Assembly: GCA_002500385.1 (NCBI GenBank)
Contig: DLTU01000159.1
Span: 2,455 to 47,377, forward strand
Direction of reading: 5' to 3'
Length of the DNA stretch: 44,923 nt
Origin: Candidatus Neomicrothrix sp. UBA7828
Lineage (GTDB): Bacteria > Actinomycetota > Acidimicrobiia > Acidimicrobiales > UBA8592
The translations under genes were made by a program, and so were the position numbers. A model generated the notes under the pieces. It was not told the DNA's origin, did no database searches, and saw nothing but the letters and a program-made list of their open reading frames with translations. Numbering within the stretch: position 1 is the stretch's first letter; each line of letters starts with the position of its first letter. Shown here piece by piece: positions 39,129 to 44,923 of the stretch.

Positions 39129-39764
39129 TTAGACGGCAGTTATTGGGCCTGCGTTGTCAACATTTGGGCGAGAATTGATCACCTCATCAATTATTCCATA
39201 TTCTTTGGCTTCGTACGCGTCCATAATATTATCTCGGTCAGTATCAAGGCGGATTTGCTCCACTGTCTGCCCAGTATGTGTTGCGAGTACTTCTTCTAGC
39301 TGGTTCTTGAGTCTTTGAATTTCCCTTGACGCAATCTCTAAATCAGAGACTTGACCTTGAGCACCTGCATATGGCTGATGTATGAGAATTCGTGAATGTG
39401 GTAATGCTAGCCGTTTACCTGGAGTTCCGGCTGCTAGAAGCACTGCAGCGGCAGCTACAGCTTGCCCGTAGCATATTGTGGCTACTTGAGGTTTGATATA
39501 AGACATAGTGTCATAAATGGCAAATACAGAGTTGATGTTACCGCCCGGAGAATTGATATAAAGACTTACATCTTTGTCCGGGTTCTCGGACTCAAGGTGA
39601 AGTAGCTGAGCGCAAACTAAATTTGCGATCCCATCGTCAATTGGCGTTCCAATAAAAATAATATTCTCTTTAAGGAGTTTTGAGTAAAGGTCGTATCCCC
39701 TCTCTCCTCTATTAGTTTGTTCAACAACAGTCGGTACTAGGTAACTAGTTGGTCCATCAATCAT
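39129..39764 (-). CDS. clpP: ClpP proteolytic subunit, ClpP2-like, with the catalytic Ser replaced by Ala
   Basis: [30 protein letters not shown] and DTDRD motifs. The start is probably ATG 39764 or GTG 39773 rather than 39803. Confidence 0.92.
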   Translation of the reverse strand: MIDGPTSYLVPTVVEQTNRGERGYDLYSKLLKENIIFIGTPIDDGIANLVCAQLLHLESENPDKDVSLYINSPGGNINSVFAIYDTMSYIKPQVATICYGQAVAAAAVLLAAGTPGKRLALPHSRILIHQPYAGAQGQVSDLEIASREIQRLKNQLEEVLATHTGQTVEQIRLDTDRDNIMDAYEAKEYGIIDEVINSRPNVDNAGPITAV

Positions 39765-41250
39765 CTGACTCACTTGATTCTTCTTCCTTGGGGTTGGGGT
39801 CATCAGGGTTACCTCTATTTTGACTCAATTCGGATGCATTTTCTGTGTTTTCAGCGAAGATTTCTTTTTTGTCGATTTCGTTTCCCTCTTCGTCCTTTAT
39901 TTTAACTGAGTCCTCAACTAGTTTGAGGGCTTTTTGCTTCAGTAAATCTGCTTTCAAGATTCGGATTTGACCGTTCTCCTGCAAAGAGTTGGTCAAGTTT
40001 TCCTTTTCCGTTTGAATGCGAGAAGATAATTGCGCATCTATCTCTTCAGGTTTCAATTCTGAGGAATAATCAATTTCTTCAGCTTGTATTGCTGCTTGTA
40101 ACGCATATTGTTTAGCAACATTTTCGATTTCGTTTTCCACGTCGCTATCGGTAACTTCAATTGATTCAGCTACTGCAACTGCCCGCAATGCCAGATCTGT
40201 TCTAACCGCTTGTTCTGACGGCTCTCGTAAGTTTGCAACGATGTCCTCAATAGATTGGTTTGTCGCTTGAAGAAATTGCTCAAACTGCATCCCCTGCTGA
40301 GCCATACGCATCGCCATATCCTGAACTTGCTGCTGAGTTTGTTCTTGTATCAAAGGCTCCGGTATCTCTTCAGTCACCAGCTCAGATACTGCTGCAAGTA
40401 TTTTGGAAGTTGCCTGTCCGGGTAGTTGATTCCGTTTCATCTCCTCCATGCGGTCTTTGGTATCAGCCACAAGCAGGTCAACTGTTTCAAATTCAGATAA
40501 CTCAGCGACTAGCTCATCGGTTAATTCTGGAAGAATTTTTTCTTCAATGCTCAGAATTTTCGCCACGAAACCTAACTCAGTATCCTCCTCAGAAGGGTGC
40601 GGTCCTCCAAATTCAATTTCTTGACCAACTTCCACACCTTCTAGAGATGCGTTAATTTCTTCAATGATAAATGAGGACCCAATTTCGAAGACAAATCCTT
40701 CGGCTGTCAGACTCTCTTCTGGCTCACCATTGATAGCTCCTGATAAATCCATGGTTATAAAGTCGCCAGCAGTGGCAGGTCGGCTAACTTCGTTCCGTTC
40801 GGAAGCTTGCTCTAGCAACCTATTTACACTTTCGTCTATTTCTCCTTGCGTTACGTGTGGACTAGGCACTTCTATTTCTAAGTTTTTGTATCCTTCTATC
40901 TCTAAAATTGGTCTAACTTCAACGGTCGCTTCGAAAACTGCTGGACCAGATTCTTGCCCTTCAATGAGTTCAAGTTGAGGTTGCGCTATGACATCTAGTT
41001 CATGTTCATTGATAGCTTGGAAGTAGACTTCGCCAACGATGTCGTTCAGAGCTTCGCTTCTAGCGTATTCTTTTCCAAATTTAGCTTCAAGCACCTTTCT
41101 TGGTGCCTTTCCTTGACGGAAGCCTGGAAGTTTTACTTCTTTCGATATTTTTTTAAAGGCTTCATCGATTGCGACATCAATAATCTCCTCGGGGACTTCA
41201 ATGTTAACTTTCACTTTGTTATCTTCTAGATTTTTTACGGAACTATTCAC
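39757..41250 (-). CDS. tig: Trigger factor
   Basis: Ribosome-binding [10 protein letters not shown] and an FKBP-like middle domain. Probable start GTG 41250 ([14 protein letters not shown]). Confidence 0.95.
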   Translation of the reverse strand: MNSSVKNLEDNKVKVNIEVPEEIIDVAIDEAFKKISKEVKLPGFRQGKAPRKVLEAKFGKEYARSEALNDIVGEVYFQAINEHELDVIAQPQLELIEGQESGPAVFEATVEVRPILEIEGYKNLEIEVPSPHVTQGEIDESVNRLLEQASERNEVSRPATAGDFITMDLSGAINGEPEESLTAEGFVFEIGSSFIIEEINASLEGVEVGQEIEFGGPHPSEEDTELGFVAKILSIEEKILPELTDELVAELSEFETVDLLVADTKDRMEEMKRNQLPGQATSKILAAVSELVTEEIPEPLIQEQTQQQVQDMAMRMAQQGMQFEQFLQATNQSIEDIVANLREPSEQAVRTDLALRAVAVAESIEVTDSDVENEIENVAKQYALQAAIQAEEIDYSSELKPEEIDAQLSSRIQTEKENLTNSLQENGQIRILKADLLKQKALKLVEDSVKIKDEEGNEIDKKEIFAENTENASELSQNRGNPDDPNPKEEESSESDD

Positions 41251-41356
41251 AGACCGAAAGTGTATCTGCTTGTTCGATGCTCTCATCCAAGTGGAGGGTG
41301 ATTTCTGAATCTTCTTTCTATCAAAAATCATAAAAACCCGATAACATCGTAAGCCT

Positions 41357-41428
41357 GCGGGTGTAGTTCAACGGCTAGAACCTCAGCCTTCCAAGCTGAT
41401 GATGGGAGTTCGATTCTCCTCACCCGCT
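41357..41428 (+). tRNA. tRNA-Gly (TCC), CCA not encoded
   Basis: GCGGGTGTAGTTCAACGGCTAGAACCTCAGCCTTCCAAGCTGATGATGGGAGTTCGATTCTCCTCACCCGCT folds as a cloverleaf with a U73 discriminator. Confidence 0.96.
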
Positions 41429-41466
41429 CAGACGTAATATTGTGGACAGGAGCGAAAGAGGTCCAA

Positions 41467-42087
41467 GTGTCATCAATATTTGTAGGAATAGCAGGCGGTA
41501 GTTGCTCAGGCAAGACAACTTTGGTTAAAAGTGTTGAAGAGCAACTGGGTTTTCCCGTAGCAAGGTTGGCATTTGATAGCTATTACTGTGATCAAGGCCA
41601 TCTTTCGCTTAACGATCGTGCCTTGGTTAATTACGACCACCCTGACTCACTTGACGTGGGTCTGTTTATAGACGACATCCGAAAGCTTCGCAGTGGATTT
41701 GATATTTCGTCACCCATCTACGATTTTGCAACACACACTCGGAGCGACGAAATTACTGAGTTATCACCGACTGAAATTATTCTTATTGACGGCATTCTTC
41801 TTCTCGCTTTCTCTGAAATTTGCGATTTGCTGAATCTTAAAATCTTTGTTTCAGCCCCAGAAGATATCCGTTTGGAACGTCGCATATTACGCGATGTAGC
41901 AGAAAGAGGGAGAACAGCCGAACAGGCGCATACACAATTCCTTAAAACAGTTCAGCCCATGCACTCTCAATTTGTTGAGCCTTCAAAAAAGAACGCTGAT
42001 ATGATCCTTGACGGCGCAGGGGACATTAACGAGATGGCGAAAACTGTTAAATCCCAAATTGATTCTATATCACTTGGGAGTGACTAA
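41467..42087 (+). CDS. udk: Uridine kinase
   Basis: GIAGGSCSGKTT, DSYY, NYDHPDS, RRILRD..ERGR and FVEPSK motifs. GTG 41467 has a GAGG SD. Confidence 0.93.
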   Translation: MSSIFVGIAGGSCSGKTTLVKSVEEQLGFPVARLAFDSYYCDQGHLSLNDRALVNYDHPDSLDVGLFIDDIRKLRSGFDISSPIYDFATHTRSDEITELSPTEIILIDGILLLAFSEICDLLNLKIFVSAPEDIRLERRILRDVAERGRTAEQAHTQFLKTVQPMHSQFVEPSKKNADMILDGAGDINEMAKTVKSQIDSISLGSD

Positions 42088-44198
42088 CTCTCACTTTCGT
42101 TGAGGACAGATTCTCCACCCAGTGATGTAATAATTGCGTCAACATAGTACCTTGCTCCTATAGGGATCGTATGAACACCGTCGCGCGAAAAGTACTCAGG
42201 TTTATTGTTTGAAAGTGAGTACCAATCAAGAAGCTCAGTATTTTCAAACCTGACGGCAGCCTCACTTAACAAATTATTCACTTTGTTCTCCCATCGTCTT
42301 GGAACGCGTACATTTATCAAAAGAACTTTTCGGACGTCCCGAAGTAATTCAAGGGATTCATTAATTATGCTTTCATCTATCACCCCGTTATTCCCTAGGT
42401 GTATGACTACGATTTCACCTATTTCGTTCTGCCTATCAAGGTCTCGGACAATCCCCCGCAATTCATACCATTGGCGATTCTTAGCTGCAGAAACTGTTAT
42501 CTGGTCTGAAATAGTTGAAATATCTTTAAAAAATGCTTCCTCAACGCCATCGTTCCCAACATCTGTGAGAGCTCCCAGCATGACCGAGTCACCGATGAAG
42601 GTAATACGATCAAAGCTAATCGGAACAGCATAAGAAGTGATATTCATTAGTGCTTGCCAGTCTTCTGGATTGCCTTCCACTGCTTCTTGAAAGTCATCTA
42701 AATTAAATGGCAGATCGTTAAAGTTGACTTGATTTGAAGCCTGACCGTTTACTGCGTCGTCTTGAACTAAAAGTGTCGTTTCCTTAATCGGAGTAGCTTG
42801 AGGTTGTGGAGTAATTTGTGGCGCTGGCCTTGGAGTTGGCTTCATTGTGGTTGATATAGAATTATCTTTTTTGGCAATATGAATTGCTTCCTCTGGGTTC
42901 TCATCTGCTGTCACATCAACAGTTTCAAATTGCTGAATACTCCTATCGGCTTGAACACCTTGGAGGATCATGATGCTCGCAAATACACCTAGAGACGAAA
43001 GCGCTAATTTAGGAAGAGAAGACTTTAGTTCTTTAATTTTTTTGACTTTCGCAAGTTCCCTCATCATCCTTCGTTCCCGAATTGGACGTTCGATGCATTG
43101 GTAACTTATCTCGACAAGCACAAGGGTTACGAACATCCTTACAGCGAAAAGCTCCCATCCGTTAATATCAACATCGACGCGCTCTCTGGTGAGTTGAAAT
43201 ACGGGCCAATGCCAAAGGTACAAACCATATGATCGCTTCCCTACCCAAACAAACGGAGCTAATCCAAGTATCGAATTAAGATTCGAGTTTGGGGTTACTA
43301 CGCAGGCTATAACAATCGCAGTTACGATTGAGGTTATCAGGAATCCGCCACGGAATAATTGATCTGCATCCGGCATGAGTAACGTGTAATGCATATTTGC
43401 CCAAACGAGGACACCTATTGCTACAAGACCAACAGGGAAAAGAACATCCTTACCCTTAGGAAATAGTTTCGATTTCTCAACATTCCAAGGTCGCCAAATA
43501 TAAGCAAGTAATGCGCCTATTAATAGGCCTGACGCCCTGGTGTCAGTTCCGTAATACACTCGTAGAGGGTCTTCAAAGGGCTGATACATGGTCCACATCA
43601 GAAAAGCTGAACTCACTATGCCCAAAACGAGGAATGATATAGTCACCTTTCGGTTTATGTACCTTTGGAGGCAGAACAGAAGAAGAGGCCAAAGCAAATA
43701 AAACTGTTCCTCGACTGCTAGAGACCAAAGATGGTGAAAGAAGTTCTTGCGCTCAAAAACGTCAGTATAAGAAATTTCTTGAAAAATACCGAACCAGTTA
43801 TATACATAACCTAAAGTCGAAAGAACCTCTCCTTTAGTGGGAACCACATCTTCAGCCATTGAATAAGCAAAAGCGACTGAACCTCCTATATAAAGAAATA
43901 ATGCAGGAAGTAACCTCCTTGCTCTCCTTGCCCAGAATTGCCGAAGGTTGATGGCACGATTTAAATTGAACTCCTCGAGGAGTAAGGCAGTGATTAAATA
44001 ACCACTGATGACAAAAAAGATTTCGACACCTAGAAAGCCACCCGGAACACTTTCTATTTCTGAATGGTACGCAATCACTGCCACCACAGCAAGCGCTCGT
44101 AAACCGTCCAACCCAGGCATGTAAGGAAGTCCAGCAATATTGTGAGCTTTATGAGCTAATGTCTTTGAACCTTTACTTGCTTTAGAATTGAAATTCAT
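42084..44198 (-). CDS. Acyltransferase-3/SGNH fusion, OatA-like O-acetyltransferase
   Basis: LDGLRALAV, GVEIFFVISGYLIT, HLWSLAVEEQFY, a Pro/Thr/Gln linker, then SGNH motifs GDSV, LGNN and DGVH. Confidence 0.9.
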   Translation of the reverse strand: MNFNSKASKGSKTLAHKAHNIAGLPYMPGLDGLRALAVVAVIAYHSEIESVPGGFLGVEIFFVISGYLITALLLEEFNLNRAINLRQFWARRARRLLPALFLYIGGSVAFAYSMAEDVVPTKGEVLSTLGYVYNWFGIFQEISYTDVFERKNFFHHLWSLAVEEQFYLLWPLLLFCLQRYINRKVTISFLVLGIVSSAFLMWTMYQPFEDPLRVYYGTDTRASGLLIGALLAYIWRPWNVEKSKLFPKGKDVLFPVGLVAIGVLVWANMHYTLLMPDADQLFRGGFLITSIVTAIVIACVVTPNSNLNSILGLAPFVWVGKRSYGLYLWHWPVFQLTRERVDVDINGWELFAVRMFVTLVLVEISYQCIERPIRERRMMRELAKVKKIKELKSSLPKLALSSLGVFASIMILQGVQADRSIQQFETVDVTADENPEEAIHIAKKDNSISTTMKPTPRPAPQITPQPQATPIKETTLLVQDDAVNGQASNQVNFNDLPFNLDDFQEAVEGNPEDWQALMNITSYAVPISFDRITFIGDSVMLGALTDVGNDGVEEAFFKDISTISDQITVSAAKNRQWYELRGIVRDLDRQNEIGEIVVIHLGNNGVIDESIINESLELLRDVRKVLLINVRVPRRWENKVNNLLSEAAVRFENTELLDWYSLSNNKPEYFSRDGVHTIPIGARYYVDAIITSLGGESVLNESES

Positions 44199-44238
44199 TA
44201 CCTTTCAGGTTAGTGCGATGTGCAAATATCTTGCTTTA

Positions 44239-44923
44239 TTACTGACTTTCCTGTCTTTCAAGGAACTCGTAAACTTCAACCATATCTACGCCAGGAAAGC
44301 GCGAGAAGCTTCTCGCTGGCAAAGGTAACCCCGAAGATACGTTACTTCGGTCTCTAGCTGAAGGCCATGCTACCCCTTGCCAATGCTGCCTTACGCTAGG
44401 TCTTGGAGTATTGCAACAATCTTTATCTGGGCAATGCGATGTTGAGAATCTTTTTGTATCGCTGCCTCGGAACCATTTTGCTTGATCTGCTGTTGTGCCT
44501 ATAGTGACAGCGTGATAGGGCACTCTGTCTGCTTCGACATGGGTAACGCACCAATACTTTCCCGAAGGTGTATCAGTGTATTGATAGTGCAAAGAAAGTG
44601 AGTCCTGCGTATGGAAAGCCTGCCGAGTTCCCCAGTTCCTGCATAGATGTTCACCCTCAATTGTTCCGTCAATACCTTGGGGAAGAGGAACACCATCGTT
44701 TTCATAAGCTTTCCAAACAACGCCTTCATCATCTGACCTCAGGAAATGCAATGTCAAACCAAGGTGCTCAGTTGCTAAATTAGTCAATCTATGTCCTGCC
44801 ATTTCGTAAGAAATATAAAATATCTCCTGTAAATCCTCTATAGATATGTCCATAGATTCATGTGCTTTTTGCAAAAATTCCACTGCTGGCTTTTCAGGCG
44901 CAAGGATTGCGGCTGCGAAATAG
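44239..44923 (-). CDS. XRE/ImmA-IrrE-domain transcriptional regulator (RamB/PrpR/ScfR-like), 5'-truncated
   Basis: The frame stays open to the window edge (YFAAAILAPE...). 'IEDL...F.ISYE.AGHRLTNL..HFLR.D..G' resembles the ScfR family. The HTH is outside the window. Confidence 0.65.
   Translation of the reverse strand, partial: YFAAAILAPEKPAVEFLQKAHESMDISIEDLQEIFYISYEMAGHRLTNLATEHLGLTLHFLRSDDEGVVWKAYENDGVPLPQGIDGTIEGEHLCRNWGTRQAFHTQDSLSLHYQYTDTPSGKYWCVTHVEADRVPYHAVTIGTTADQAKWFRGSDTKRFSTSHCPDKDCCNTPRPSVRQHWQGVAWPSARDRSNVSSGLPLPARSFSRFPGVDMVEVYEFLERQESQ

Noticed and set aside
39774-39803. Extended ClpP N-terminus overlapping tig
   Set aside because: More plausible starts exist at 39773 or 39764; the extension just overlaps the acidic tail of tig in another frame.
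41251-41331. N-terminal extension of trigger factor in the ORF track
   Set aside because: Homology starts at GTG 41250, and a TACACT -10 lies 8 nt upstream of that codon.
41328-41513. 61-aa minus-strand ORF
   Set aside because: It is an antisense reading of tRNA-Gly and the udk start.
42781-42850. Pro/Thr/Gln-rich quasi-repeat in the OatA-like gene
   Set aside because: An ordinary low-complexity interdomain linker with no exact DNA repeat.
497-44783. Many 60-170 aa alternative-frame and antisense ORFs (e.g. 4906-5349, 19275-19781, 40260-40655, 42205-42633)
   Set aside because: They lie inside well-supported genes and show no recognisable motifs, as expected for shadow ORFs.

Overview
Core-chromosome segment of a compact, fairly low-GC (roughly 42-44% by eye) actinobacterium, most likely a streamlined Acidimicrobiia-type organism (inferred from protein signatures and gene order). 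Most of the window follows a familiar actinobacterial backbone on the minus strand: tig-clpP-clpX-folC-ndk-mreBCD-pbp2-rodA-radical SAM pair-rne-rplU-rpmA-obgE-proB ... nadD-LCP-rsfS-tRNA-Ala ... holA/rpsT/lepA-dnaJ-rsmE. It also holds an aconitase-LysR-carboxyltransferase-citrate synthase cluster, a block with a sigma factor, DAHP synthase, MoxR-VWA and murJ, two tRNAs, udk and an OatA-like acyltransferase. No mobile element, CRISPR array or defence system is visible. The notable signals are small. The only ClpP at the tig-clpX locus is ClpP2-like and has Ala in place of its catalytic Ser. An unannotated 40-aa zinc-ribbon ORF starts 4 nt after a CCA-less tRNA-Ala. A divergent group-2-like sigma factor sits behind a structured C-rich leader. 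The carboxyltransferase has a degenerate N-terminal active-site half. Paired LysR boxes cover a leaderless promoter, and leaderless promoter geometry recurs across the window. All family assignments come from recognising motifs by eye; no database searches were run.
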